A DNA stretch of 64,000 bases from Octopus sinensis (Eukaryota): NCBI RefSeq assembly GCF_006345805.1, contig NC_043006.1, forward strand, positions 20,088,001 to 20,152,000, written 5' to 3'. Position 1 is the first letter of the stretch, and every line of letters begins with the position of its first letter. Below the pieces are notes generated by a model. The model was not told the DNA's origin. It saw only the letters and a list, made by a program, of their open reading frames with translations, and did not search any database. The position numbers were made by a program, and so were the translations under genes. This document shows, one piece after another, positions 11,419 to 23,431 of this stretch.

Positions 11419-11801
11419 GTGGAGGCGCAATGGCCCAGTGGTTAGGGCAGAGGGCTCACGGTCGTAGGATCGCGGTTTCGATTCCCAGACCGGGCATTGT
11501 GAGTGTTTATTGAGCGAAAACACCTAAAGCTCCACGAGGCTCCGGCAGGGGATGGTGGTAATCCCTGCTGTACTCTTTCACCACAACTTTCTCTCACTCT
11601 TACTTCCTGTTTCTGTTGTACCTGTATTTCAAAGGGCCGGCCTTGTCACTCTCTGTGTCACGCTGAATATCCCCGAGAACTACATTAAGGGTACACGTGT
11701 TTGTGGAGTGCTCAGCCACTTACACGTTAATTTCACGAGCAGGCTGTTCCGCTGATCGGATCAACCGGAACCCTCGTCGTCGGAACCGACAGAGTGCTTC
11801 C
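11419..11801 (+). mobile_element. SINE family B1 (tRNA-like head)
   Basis: tggcccagtggttag A box, ggtttcgattcc B box, TSD agtatttgtttt. Confidence 0.92.
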
Positions 11802-12024
11802 AGTATTTGTTTTGATACTTGTATGATCGCTTCCTACAGCTAACCTCAACTGTGAAATCCTGATTAGCTCAGTCTCAACACATCTTTAGCACATAACAGC
11901 TGTTATTTATGGTCAACAATACTGCCAGTTCATTCAAGTGGTGGTGACATGGAATATTAACATTCACATATATGTGTGTGTGTGTGTGTACGTGTTCATG
12001 TGTGTACATAAACATACATACATA

Positions 12025-12225
12025 ATAAGGAGAGGGGCTTTCTCCGTCCGGGTTGCGGATCCGTGGAATAAGCTGCCGGACGAGATAGTGAAGATGCCGA
12101 CGACCGCTCGGTTCAAAGTTTCTCTTGACCTGAACTCTTTGTATGACCACCCTCCCTGTACATAACTCCATGTCCCCCTACATGGCCTTGCTTTTGCTTT
12201 TTGAGCCAAAAAATTAACTTAACTA
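12025..12225 (+). mobile_element. CR1-type LINE 3' end
   Basis: RRGAFSVRVADPWNKLPDEIV...FKVSLD motif. Confidence 0.8.
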
Positions 12226-12477
12226 ATATGCATCTACACAATTTCTATCAAATTCCCCCACGAGGCATTAATTGTCAAAGGATTCTAGTAAAAGACATCT
12301 AAAGTGCCATGCAGTGGGTCTGAAACCATACAGCTATACCTGCACTTATATATTGGCATTAAGATAGGCATCCAGCCATAGAAAGCAAGCCGCAACAGAC
12401 AATTGGAGTTTTGACACCTCCTATCCAATTAGCCAAGCCATGCCAGCATGGAAAACGGATGTTAAATGATGATGATG

Positions 12478-12509
<32 letters not shown>

Positions 12510-12514
12510 CTGGA

Positions 12515-12832
12515 GATACGTAAAAAGCACCATCCAAATCATGGCCGAAGCCAGTGCTGCCTCGACTGGCTTCCGTGCAGGTGGCACGTAAAATGCACCA
12601 ATCCGACCGTGGCCAATGCCAGCCTCGCCTGGCACCAGTGCAGGTGGCACGTAAAAAGCACCCACTACACTCACGGAGTAGTTGGCGTTAGGAAGGGCAT
12701 CCAGCTGTAGAAACATTGCCAGATAAGACTGGAGCCTGGTGCAGCCTTCTGGCTTCCCAGATCCCCGGTCGAACCGTCCAACCCATGCTAGCATGGAGAA
12801 CGGACGTTAAATGATGATGATGACGATGATGA
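12515..12832 (+). mobile_element. RTE 3'UTR and tail
   Basis: Nearly identical to 3222-3582. Confidence 0.88.
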
Positions 12833-13754
12833 TATATATATAACATATAAATATTAATTATTAATTCTTTATTTTACAGCTTTGATAAAGAGTAGTGAAA
12901 AAAAATTGCAAAGCTATTTTACGCTATCTATGAAAAAAAGGAGTGACTGAGTGCAAGGGGAGCAGCAAAAGAAATCAATGATGTAAAAAGGTCCAGAAAC
13001 TGTTAACGAATGTGTAGCACAAAACTGATTCAGATACCTCAAGGAAGGTGATACCAGCTTTGCAGACAAACCAAAGTCAAGGAGACTTTGTGGCAGATGA
13101 GGCATTGCTTGTGGGTAGTAAAGAAATAGAAATAGGTATTTTGTTCTTCTTTATATTCTGAGTTTAAATGTCACCAAGGTCAACTTTGCCTTTCATACTT
13201 TTGGGGTAAATAAAATAGGTACCAGCTGAGTACTGGAGTCAATGTAATCAATTTAAGTCATCCCCTGAAATTGCTGGCCTTGTGTCAAAATTTGAAACCA
13301 ATATTAGTTACAGCTTGAAATAAGAAAAAAACTTTTGATTTAGCTTTGTATAATATCTATGTCTGATGGTTTGTAAATTCTGTCTGTATGTACAATCCCC
13401 TGAAATAGTTGACATATTTGTGTGTAACCATTTAATATTTACCACTTCAAAGGCTGGAAACATTTGAGTTAGTGGCTCTGAATTGCAAACCATGGAGACA
13501 CCAGAAATTAAAAGAAAAAGAAAAGTCAACAAATAAACAAAGAACAACAGAGAAATTGTATTGGGTTGGGTTAGGTTTTGATTTGAACTTTTTTTTAATT
13601 CTTCTCCCTTTGAACAAAGAATCTTAGCAATTTTTTGGGGTTTTTTTTTTTTTCCTTTTTTTTAATAATAAAATAAAAACTGAAAAAAACAATAAAATTT
13701 CCATCAAAACCTCTTTGGAGATGATATTTTCAGTAAAGCTACTACGCAGCCTCA

Positions 13755-13760
13755 TTTATT
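13755..13760 (-). promoter_or_regulatory. Candidate polyadenylation signal (AATAAA) of TRMT13
   Basis: tttatt on the plus strand, about 185 nt past the stop codon; position only. Confidence 0.4.
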
Positions 13761-13942
13761 CAAAGGAGAAAACAAAAAAAAAAATAACAGAGAGTAAATA
13801 AAAAAGAAAATGAAATGTAACAAAAGTGCTCCATTTGAAGTAGCAAAGATGAAGTTGATTGCGAAAATGTCAAAAGTGCAGAATGTGTGGACTGATAATT
13901 CCCAGTAGCTTCAATTATAGGCAATTTCCTCGAGAAAGGGTG

Positions 13943-14117
13943 CTACTGCTTGCTTTTAGCGAGAAGAACAATGTTTTCAGGTGTCATAGTGGCGTCAATG
14001 TATTCCTTCATTTCCACATCTAGATTCTTCTCCTTCAGATAAAGTAATCTTCCGTAGTCGATAAGTTGTTTGCATTTCTGGCCAATTGACTCTCGTTGTT
14101 CTATTGGAATATTGAAG
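13943..14117 (-). CDS. TRMT13: TRMT13 last coding exon M: (N)FNIPIEQRESIGQKCKQLIDYGRLLYLKEKNLDVEMKEYIDATMTPENIVLLAKSKQ*
   Basis: catccaacag acceptor, TAG stop at 13943-13945; IGxxCKxLIDxGR and ENxxL C-terminal motifs. Confidence 0.95.
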
Positions 14118-14139
14118 CTGTTGGATGATGATTAAAAAG

Positions 14140-14715
14140 AAACACATACAAATATGTGAGAGGGTGTGTGTGGTGGAGGGGAAGGGAGGGAGGGAGGGAG
14201 AGAGTGAGTGATAGAAAGAGGGAAAGCGAGAGGAGGAATGGGTGAGGGACATAAGGGAACATAAGAGAAGGGGGGAAGCGGATGAGTGACAGAGAGAGAG
14301 AGAGAGAGAGAGAAAGAGAGTGAAAGTAAGAGACAGGGAGAGTGAGAGGATGAATGGATGAGGGGAAGAGGAACATAAGAAAGGGGGGAAGCGGATGAGT
14401 GACAGAGAGAGAGAAAGAGTGTGAAAGAAAGAGGAAGGGAGAGAGAGAGAGAGGATAAAGGGTGAGGGACAGGGGGACATAAGAGGGGGAGAAAGAAGAT
14501 GAATGACAGTGAGAGAAAGAGAGAGAGATTGTGTGTGTGAGAGAGAGGGGAGAATGTTTGTATGAGAGAGAGAGAGACAGTAAGGGAGAGAGATTGTGTG
14601 TGTGAGGGAAGGAAGAGCAAGAGAGAGGTAGAGAGACAGGCAGACAGAAAGAGAGAGAGAGAGAGAGAGGGAGCAGACAGAAAGACAGAGAGAGAGACAG
14701 ACAGACAGAGACACG
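14140..14715. repeat. (GA)n/purine-rich low-complexity tract; (CT)n in the TRMT13 sense
   Basis: Direct reading. Confidence 0.9.
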
Positions 14716-14963
14716 AACTTTATTACCATATTTTTCTCTCTGCTCTATGCATGCACAATCACTATTTCCTGCATCGTTTCATTCTTTAGACAAAACGATT
14801 TGGTAAATTACCTGGTGGATTATCAACAACACAGATTATGAGTTTTAATCCAGTGCAGATGTATTTGTCTACCTGGACTGGACACTTTATTCAACAGTCA
14901 CACAGTCCACCTAAGTACCAGAAATCGGTACTCAATCACCAAGGAATGCTATCTATGGATGGA

Positions 14964-15344
14964 TGGAAGAACTCCGTCGGTTACGATGACGAGGGTTCCA
15001 GTTGATCCAATCAACGGAACAGCCTGCTCGTGAAATTAACGTGTAAGTGGCTGAGCACTCCACAGACATGTGTACCCTTAACGTAGTTCTCGGGGATATT
15101 CAGCGTGACACAGAGTAACAAGGCCGGCCCTTTGAAATACAGGTACAACAGAAACAGGAAGTAAGAGTGAGAGAAAGTTGAGTTGAAAGAGTACAGCAGG
15201 GATCACCACCATCCCTGCCGGAGCCTCGTGGAGCTTTAGGTGTTTTCGCTCAATAAACACTCACAACGCCCGGTCTGGGAATCGAAACCGCGATCCTACG
15301 ACCGCGAGTCCGCTGCCCTAACCACTGGGCCATTGCGCCTCCAC
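14964..15344 (-). mobile_element. SINE family B1
   Basis: TSD aatgctatctat. Confidence 0.92.
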
Positions 15345-15563
15345 AATGCTATCTATAACAGATCAACATTCTAAATTGTCTCAGTTCATCTAATTGTAAG
15401 AAACAGATACCAGATTATATGGGAATGTTACCTGTGACAGACCAACATTCTATATTGTGTCAGTTCAACTAACTGTTAGTAACAGGTAACAGAGAGTGTT
15501 GTCTGTCGCACAAAGAGGTGCCGAAAAATTCCTGGCTTTGGCTAAAAGAAAATACAGGCGGCT

Positions 15564-16095
15564 CATCGTTTAATGTCCGCTTTCCATGCTAGCATGGATT
15601 GGACAATTTTGACTGAGGGCTGTTGAACCAGATGTTGCACCAGGCTCCAGTCTTGATTTGGCAGAGTTTCTACAGCTGGATGCCCTTCCTAACGCCAACC
15701 ATCGTTTAATGTCCGCTTTCCATGCTAGCATGGATTGGACAATTTTGACTGAGGGCTGTTGAACCAGATGTTGCACCAGGCTCCAGTCTTGATTTGGCAG
15801 AGTTTCTACAGCTGGATGCCCTTCCTAACGCCAACCATCGTTTAACGTCCGCTTTCCATGCTAGCATGGATTGGACAATTTTGACTGAGGGCTAGTGAAC
15901 CAGATGTTGCACCAGGCTCCAGTCTTGATTTGGCAGAGTTTCTACAGCTGGATGCCCTTCCTAACGCCAACCACTCCGAGAGTGTAGTGAGTGCTTTTTA
16001 TGTGTCACCGGCATGGGGGCCAGTCAAGCGGTACTGGCAACGAACCTCGCTCGAATCCTTTTACACATGCCACCAGCACAGATGCCAGTAAGGTG
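15564..16095 (-). mobile_element. RTE 3' tail with a 136-bp terminal segment in three tandem copies, inserted in a mariner MITE
   Basis: Units start at 15564, 15700 and 15836. Confidence 0.9.
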
Positions 16096-16439
16096 ACTTT
16101 GGTATATGAGTTTATTCAACATATTCCTCTCTCAGATTCATACACTTATTGCAGTGGTCCTTCAGTTATTCCAAGCCCTGTAAAAGAACTCAGAAGGTTG
16201 AGCCTCCAACCAGGCCTTTTGTGATACTCTTAAAACCAGGAACTTTACAGTACCACTTGTGAAATTATCCCTCATTCCACATCATACCTTGAACCTGGAG
16301 CTATGGTCTGGCTTTTAAAGGCCTATTTTGGCTGAGGAACCTTGTACATACTCTGTTTTTCTGTCTTCCACATACATTCCCACATACACTCAAATTTAGA
16401 CACACACACACACACACAGTGCAGTAGAGAATAACCTAC

Positions 16440-16569
16440 TTTGCTCTGACATCAACCTCAGCCACACCATGTTCTTCTTTTTCTTCCTCTTCTATCTTCA
16501 TCCTCTTTGACATTTTTGAATCCGTATCATTTGGTTCCATGTTGTCTAAGGTTACATGTTCATCTTCAT
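16440..16569 (-). CDS. TRMT13: TRMT13 exon L: (D)EDEHVTLDNMEPNDTDSKMSKRMKIEEEEKEEHGVAEVDVRA(N), acidic linker
   Basis: atgtttcag acceptor, gtaggt donor, phase 1 to 2; exactly bridges exons K and M, where TRM13 has a low-complexity insert. Confidence 0.85.
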
Positions 16570-16934
16570 CTGAAACATTGAAGTCCAAGGAATGAACATG
16601 GCATATCTATCACACAAAGACTCAATAGCAATGTGGTTCACAAGCTAGACAACTCAGCAGAAACAGATAACTTCGCATCTTACTAAATCTATTCAGTTAT
16701 GTCTCTAATACAGGCATCTAATCTAACTCTTCTTGATAGAATTTGTCTCTAATGTGCCAAATTAGATCTGGCAATCAAGAGATACAAAATCAACAAGGCT
16801 GGCCTTCTTCAGGGAATTTGTAGAGAACATTCTTTTCTATGGAGCCAAAACCTAGGCCAGTGATTCTCAACCGGGGTCCATATGAACCTTGGGGGTCCTT
16901 ATAAGATGTTGGTATTAAAATTTATGTCCAATAA

Positions 16935-17321
16935 TGGAAGCACTCTGTCGGTTACGACGACGAGGGTTCCGGTTGATCCGAGTCAGCGGAACAGCTTACT
17001 CGTGAAATTAACGTGTAAGTGGCTGAGCACTCCACAGACACGTGCACCCTTAACGTAGTTCTCGGGGATATTCAGCGTGACACAGAGAGTGACAAGGCCG
17101 GCCCCTTGAAATACAGGTACAACAGAAACAGGAAGTAAGAGAGAGAGAAAGTTGTGGTGAAAGAGTACAGCAGGGATCACCACCATCCCCTGCCGGAGCC
17201 TCGTGGAGCTTTTTAGGTGTTTTCGCTCAATAAACACTCACAACGCCCGGTCTGGGAATCGAAACCGCGATCCTATGACCGCGAGTCCGCTGCCCTAACC
17301 ACTGGGCCATTGTGCCTCCAC
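16935..17321 (-). mobile_element. SINE family B1
   Basis: TSD tatgtccaataa. Confidence 0.92.
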
Positions 17322-17345
17322 TCTATGTCCAATAAACCAGTTATA

Positions 17346-17553
17346 CAGAGATGCAGCACGAAGTTTTGTCAGTGAACAGGTCGCAGTCTCAAAGCGACGA
17401 AAATATTTTGACAAATTAAATTTAAATGTTGAAGTGAATCTAACGGCTTTTGTGTGTTTCTTAAATGGCTTATAAACACGTTCCACGCTGCAATTGTTTT
17501 CGTTCCAGCACACGATCTCAGATCAAGTCACTCGCTATGCAAGTACATCTCTG
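17346..17553. mobile_element. Tc1/mariner-like MITE
   Basis: TA/CAGAGATG...CATCTCTG/TA. Confidence 0.6.
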
Positions 17554-17771
17554 TAAATCAGTTATACTTCTACAATAAACAAAATATTTCAACAATTTTC
17601 TATACAATTCCTAAAAATGTTTAATTATAAAAATTTGTTGGGATTTGTTTAAACTTCAAAAAACTATGGGGGTCCAATAGAGTAAAATAGGAATTGAAAG
17701 GGTCCACAGGCAAAAAATGGTTAAGTACCACTGACCTAGACAATGAAGAAAAAGCTTCAAGACCACCTTAA

Positions 17772-17991
17772 CCCTTTAGTGTTTAAACCGGCCATATCCG
17801 GCCCAAATATTCTAAATGTTTTATGTTCAAATTGGCCATATCTAGCCTCTCACACCTAACCTACAGTGACATTCTAAAAATAAACAATCATATCATTGAA
17901 ACCTCAAAGCTATAACACAATGCATGATTAATTCAAAACAATTTAAGTGAAAAAGTATTACATTTAATAGAGAAATTTGAACACCAAAGGG
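17772..17991 (+). mobile_element. piggyBac-like MITE family PB2 (220 bp)
   Basis: TTAA/CCCTTTAG...CCAAAGGG/TTAA. Confidence 0.85.
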
Positions 17992-18807
17992 TTAATGGTA
18001 CAAACACCACCAGATTTCTCTCAAAGTTCTAGTATGGTTGAATAGTTAATGAGTTCTTTTCAAGACCATGTAGTTCTGGGTTTCGTCCTACTGCATGGTA
18101 CTATGGGTAGTGTCTTCTGCCATAGCCTCAAGTTAATCCAGTACCCCATGAGAGGAACATGAGACGGAAACTGCACAAGCATAGTCATGTGGATAAGACG
18201 TTTGCTTCCCAACCACAAGGTTTTGAGTTCAGTCCCAGTATATAGCACCATGAGTAAATGTGTTCTACTATAGCCCTGGCTTGACCAAAGCCTTGTGAGT
18301 GGATTGGTAGTTGGAGACTGAAAGAATCACATTGTATGTAGAGAGAACATGAACCAATTATGTGCTAAGGTTCAGTATAATTTCATCATATAAATCATCT
18401 TCTATAGTATATTTCATAAAAATTCAACGTATGATGAATTTGTCCACACAAATAGCTAAAACAAGGTGTATACTGGATGGGATGGTATAAGAATATGTGG
18501 ATAAAAAAACACATTGTGCAAAATTTGCTTCTGTCAGGTTAAAAGTAATCAGCTAAGGTAATTTTTTTTTTTTGTAAAACACCAGGAGAGGGCAAGTTAT
18601 AAAATGCCATTCAGTGAAATTTTTATACTGAGCTATAAAAATTTGAGAACCACCGATGTAGAAGATGGTGCCCCAGCATGGCCACAGTCCAATGGACTGA
18701 AGTCCATGAAAGGAGGAAAGAATAACATAACATTCTATATGTTAAGATATAGAAGATATATTAAATATAGATGAGATGGGAGGTAAGATGTTTGGTGAAA
18801 ATGTTAC

Positions 18808-19010
18808 CATTGTTCTTGGTAGCTGTTTCTGCTCCAGGGGTTTGTGTTTCTCTCCATCCTTTCCATACACATGTTGCCCAACTTGACATGCTAGTCATCA
18901 GCTGAAAGTCAGTTCCAGTCAGACCAACATCTTTGAAAAACTTCTTGCCAGTGTAGGCGACCCAAGTACAGCGGTGGTGGCAACATGTTGCTAAGACAAT
19001 TCCAGCAAGT
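18808..19010 (-). CDS. TRMT13: TRMT13 exon K: LAGIVLATCCHHRCTWVAYTGKKFFKDVGLTGTDFQLMTSMSSWATCVWKGWRETQTPGAETATKNN(D)
   Basis: cttcttcattgtag acceptor, gtaaca donor, phase 2 to 1; CCHHRC and MSSWATC signature motifs. Confidence 0.96.
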
Positions 19011-19074
19011 CTACAATGAAGAAGATATTGAAGAATTTTAAGAATACAGAATGGTTAAAATCAAGTCAATATAG

Positions 19075-19375
19075 TGGTGGCACATGGCCTAGTGGTTAGA
19101 GCAGCAGACTCGCGGTCGATGGATCGTGGGTTCGAATCTCAGACCAGGTGATGTGTGTGTTTATGAGCGAAACACCTAAGCTCCACACGGTTCCAGCAGA
19201 AGGTAATGGTGAACTTCTGCTGACTCTTTCGCTACAACTTTCACTCACTCTTTCCTCCTGCATCTTGCAGCTCACCTGCGATAGACCGATGTCCCATCCA
19301 GGTGGGGAACCTATACGCCAAGGAAACTGGGAAACATGCTCTTATGAGCCAGGCATGCCTCGAGAAGGAACAAAC
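19075..19375 (+). mobile_element. Older SINE B-related copy
   Basis: tggcctagtggttag head and gagcgaaacacctaagctcc body. Confidence 0.7.
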
Positions 19376-19493
19376 AAGTCAATATATCATTGTTATCATC
19401 ATAATCATGATCATGATCATCATCATCAGCAGCAGCAGCATCATTTAACACCTGATTTTTATGTTGGCATGGGTTGGATGGTTTGGCTGGAAA

Positions 19494-19725
19494 GGCGGCG
19501 AGCTGGCAGACACGTTAGCGCACCGGGCGAAATGCTTAGTAGTATTTCGTCTGTCGTTACATTCTGAGTTCAAATTCTGCCGAGTTCGACTTTGCCTTTC
19601 ATCCTTTCGGGGTCGATTAAATAAGTACCAGTTACGCACTGGGATCGATATAATCGACTTAATCCATTTGTCTGTCCTTGTTTGTCCCCTCTATGTTTAG
19701 CCCCTTGTGGGTAGTAAAGAAATAG
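19494..19725 (+). mobile_element. SINE family C (Meta-domain-like core), nested in an old RTE tail
   Basis: gagctggcag head; gcctttcatcctttcggggtcgat..aagtacc core. Confidence 0.88.
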
Positions 19726-20160
19726 GTTTGGCTGGAAAGGCCAGGGTTCACACCATGCACCATTGTTTGTCCTGATATGGTTTCTATGGCTGGACGCCTT
19801 TCCTTATACCAACCACTCCACAGAGTTACTGAATGCTTTTTATGTGGCCCCAGCACCAGTGCTTTTTATGTGGCCCCAGCACCAGTGCTTTTAATGTGAC
19901 ACCAGCACAAGTGCCATATTATATGGCACTAGCACCAGTATCAATTCTGCTGTGACAGACGGATCTCCTTGAGTATAGCAAGGTGCCAGATATCTCAGTC
20001 CTCTGTCATCTCCTTTGTAAGGCTCAGTGTCTGGAGATCAGCCTTCAATACTTTGTCGCATGTCTTCCCGGGTCTCCCCCTTCCACATGTTCCACCCACT
20101 TTAATTGATTGGCACTTTTCCGTATGCGAATATCTACAGCCACATGCCGTGTGCAACTGT
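19726..20160 (-). mobile_element. Old RTE 3' end
   Basis: Reverse strand GRPGKT..VLKADL..LSLTKEMT. Confidence 0.7.
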
Positions 20161-21278
20161 CTACATTAAGAGACACAGGCATGGTTATGTGATAGGATGT
20201 TCATTTTGGAACCAGGTTGTCTAGGGTTTGTTCCCGCTGTGTGGACATTATCCCGGTGTTCGCTATTATCGACACAGGTTGACCAATGCCATGACATACT
20301 TGTCAAGAAGCCACTGAGCTGGTCACTGTCTGAAGGACTTGGAGAAATTGTAACTTACTTAGAAACAGCTGGAGGTTGGCAACAGGATGCTCATCTGACA
20401 TAAAAAAAAATCTGCTTCAACAAAGTTTTGTCTGACCCAAACCAGCATATAGATGTTAAAATGATAATGATGATGATGATGATGACAACGATGACGATGA
20501 AGAGATGATGGAGAATAGGAACAGATAAAAGTCTAATAAGGCTAAAAATAACAGTCAGAGCAGGGTCCAAATGGCCCTTGGAGGTCCATGTGTCCATATA
20601 AGATTTTGTTGTCAAAATTTATCAGCAATAAATTTGTTATGCTTCTACAATACACAAAACATTTTAACAATTTTTCAGATACAATTCCTAATAATATTTA
20701 ATCATAAGAATATGTTTTTTTTTAAACAATGAATGGCTAGGATGGTCCATCTGAGTATGATAGCAATCAAAGGGATCCATAGGTAAAAAATGGTTGAGAA
20801 GCACTGTGTTAGAGTATGGGCTGAGTAGGTGAGCTATGTAGGGGGTTAGGTAAGGGAGCTAGGTAGTTGGTTAGGTAGGGACTGTGTAGAGGATTGGCTA
20901 GGGAATAGATAAAGGATGGATTTGTGTGAGTTGCCACCAGTTAACTATTGGGGGTAGTTAGTTAGTTGCCAGTTAATTAAGAAGAGTAGCCACTAGTTAA
21001 TTAAAGAAGGTAAACACTAATTAATTACTAAGATTAGTTAGTTCTCAGTTGATTAATGAGGGTAGCCATGAGTTAATTACTGAAGGTAGTCACTAATTAA
21101 CTAGCAATGGTCGCCCCTATTTAATTATTGAAGGTAGTGTAGCCTTCAGGTAATTAATGAGAGTAGTCACTGCCTAATTAATGAGGTTGAACATATATGT
21201 ATGTGATGAATGTCTATTTATTTTAACATACACTGTCCAAGAGACATGGTGATATCATTACAAGGAATAAATACATAC

Positions 21279-21342
21279 AAGAACTTATTTTCAGATTCTT
21301 TTCCATTTTCTCTTGATTCAGTCAGACATCTCAAAGCAAAAT
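21279..21342 (-). CDS. TRMT13: TRMT13 exon J: (D)FALRCLTESRENGKESENKF(L)
   Basis: tttctctctag acceptor; donor either TT/gtatgt (21279) or AA/gttctt (21285), both phase 2; DFALRC motif. Confidence 0.88.
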
Positions 21343-21861
21343 CTAGAGAGAAATTTAAAATACCTGATATTAGTAATCCAAAATGAGAAAATGGAGAAAT
21401 ATATCTAAATCATTCATCAACTATCAGATAATACCGAATCATATACTTTATTAAAACACTACACAAGAGCATTAAGATTAGACATTAATACAGTACAATA
21501 ATTACAATCAATATAATGAGATATAACTAAATAAATATAACAAGATATAAAAATACATATACATTATAACTGACAGCTGTTTCAGCCATGCAGATAAGTA
21601 TGTCTCCTATACATTAACGAGAGCATAATTAGCAAATAATGTTGCTTGTTCAGATGAGTCAAATATTCAAAAAAATAATAATTAATAAAATTTGATTTAA
21701 TATATAATGGGAAAACACCTCATTTACAAATAGTAGCAAGAGTTGCTGATCTTCTCTACATGATGCCTCCAAAAGTCTTCAAATGATGATGGTGGTAATG
21801 ATAATGAGTGACTCATATTAGAAAATAGTTCAGTGAAGTACAACTCATTATACCTATTTTT

Positions 21862-22085
21862 TACTACCCACAAGGGGCTAAATACAGAGGGGACAAACAA
21901 GGACAGACAAACAGATTAAGTCGATTACATCGACCCCAGTGCATAACTGGTACTTATTTAATCAACCCCGAAAGGATGAAAGGCAAAGTCGACCTCAGCG
22001 GAATTTGAACTCAGAACCTAACGGCAGACGAAATACGGCTACGCATTTCGCCCGGCGTGCTAACGTTTCTGCCAGCTCGCCGCCT
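21862..22085 (-). mobile_element. SINE family C
   Basis: TSD caactcattatacct. Confidence 0.9.
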
Positions 22086-22492
22086 TAGAACAACTCATTA
22101 TACCTTGGATTGTGTCAATACACTCATATCTTTTAGCTTCTGTTTCATCTGGTACTAAGAGAAACTAAACAAATTTGTTAGTTATTTATTAAAACCCTAT
22201 ATTAATCATGAGCAGCATTCAACTAGAGCCCATATAATTGATCCTAATGTTGGGTCACACTATCACCAACGATCTCCCCAGGGTGAAAGCACATCCTTAG
22301 GATAGTTAGGACCACATCCCAACAATTTGCCCTTCTATTTAGAGCCAGAAGAGGTTTTAGTACCCAACAATTATTGACACTTGATGAAGCTCAGGTAAGG
22401 CCCACAATGGAGCTTGTTATCACACCTGGGATAATACTGCTGCTGCATGTACAGTTAGTGCCAGATTTACCATTGTGCTTAGGTATGCTTAA

Positions 22493-22701
22493 CCCTTTAG
22501 TATTTAAACCGGCCAAAATAGTTAATCTGTTTTATGTTCAAACTGACCAGATCCAGGCTCTCACACCTACCCTACAATGTTATTCTACATTAAGTAATTA
22601 CACCATCAAGATCTTGAAGATATGAGATAATGTATGATTAATTCAAATCAATGGGAATCAATAAGCATTATGTTTGATAGAATAATCTGAACGCTGAAGG
22701 G
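22493..22701 (+). mobile_element. piggyBac-like MITE PB2 (209 bp)
   Basis: TTAA/CCCTTTAG...CTGAAGGG/TTAA. Confidence 0.83.
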
Positions 22702-22927
22702 TTAAGCACATGGCTCCATTGACTGGGAGGTGGGGATCTTTCTGCCCACAAAATATTTTACAATGAATTTTTCAAATGTCAAATGTTCAGATGTTTTATC
22801 TAAGAGTTATAAAAGTGAAATTAATAATGTGAATGCTTTTATGCGTTATTATTGTGCATAAACAATTCTCTGTACAAAAAAATATTTTTGACCTGTAATA
22901 TGACACAATTTGAACATACTCATTATA

Positions 22928-23327
22928 TCTTTATATATAAAAGTGAAGTTGTGTGTCTGTCTCCTACGATTTAGATTCCTAACTACTCCCACATTTTGCG
23001 GTGCAGTTTAACCAAAAGCGGGTATCTTATAGTCGTGATTCATATCGAGCCCTTCTGGGTATTAGCGCGCGTCTATGATGAGTCTACGATTTTAAAAATA
23101 ATTTACCATCATTTTTTTTTCCATTTTAATGCATTTTTTCGCTATTATATAAGGGAAGTAACTCTCTAAAAATGTCTACGATGAGTCAACGATTTAAAAA
23201 AAAATTTACCATAATTTTTTTTCCCATTTTTAATGCATTTTTTTGCTATTTTTTTGTTATAACTCTCTAAAAATACTTTATAGTTATTTCCCTTACAAAC
23301 CCAAGCAACGCCGGGTGATACTGCTAG
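22928..23327 (+). mobile_element. Non-autonomous Helitron
   Basis: A/TCTTTATATATAAAAG start, hairpin plus CTAG/T end. Confidence 0.88.
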
Positions 23328-23431
23328 TTAGCCAATAAAAAAATATTTTAATAAAATAATTTGCATGATGAAAATTAAATATTTTCGCTGTGTATACCCA
23401 TACAAAAATATATCATAGATATATAAAAAAC

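Larger units (their letters stand above)
16858..17733. mobile_element. hAT (Charlie-like) MITE carrying nested insertions
   Basis: CAGTGATTCTCAACC / GGTTAAGTACCACTG TIRs, 8-bp TSD acctaggc/acctagac; related copy at about 20560-20805. Confidence 0.75.

Noticed and set aside
11419-11490. tRNA genes at SINE heads
   Set aside because: A and B boxes are present, but there is no closed acceptor stem or terminator, and each head continues into a SINE body with a TSD.
13995-14729. 244-aa ORF and overlapping ORFs
   Set aside because: Translations of (CT)n/(GA)n. The real exon is in a different frame at 13943-14117.
22380-22445. Host exon (AQVRPTME...)
   Set aside because: It resembles a decayed CR1/L2 ORF2 fragment and is too short to annotate with confidence.
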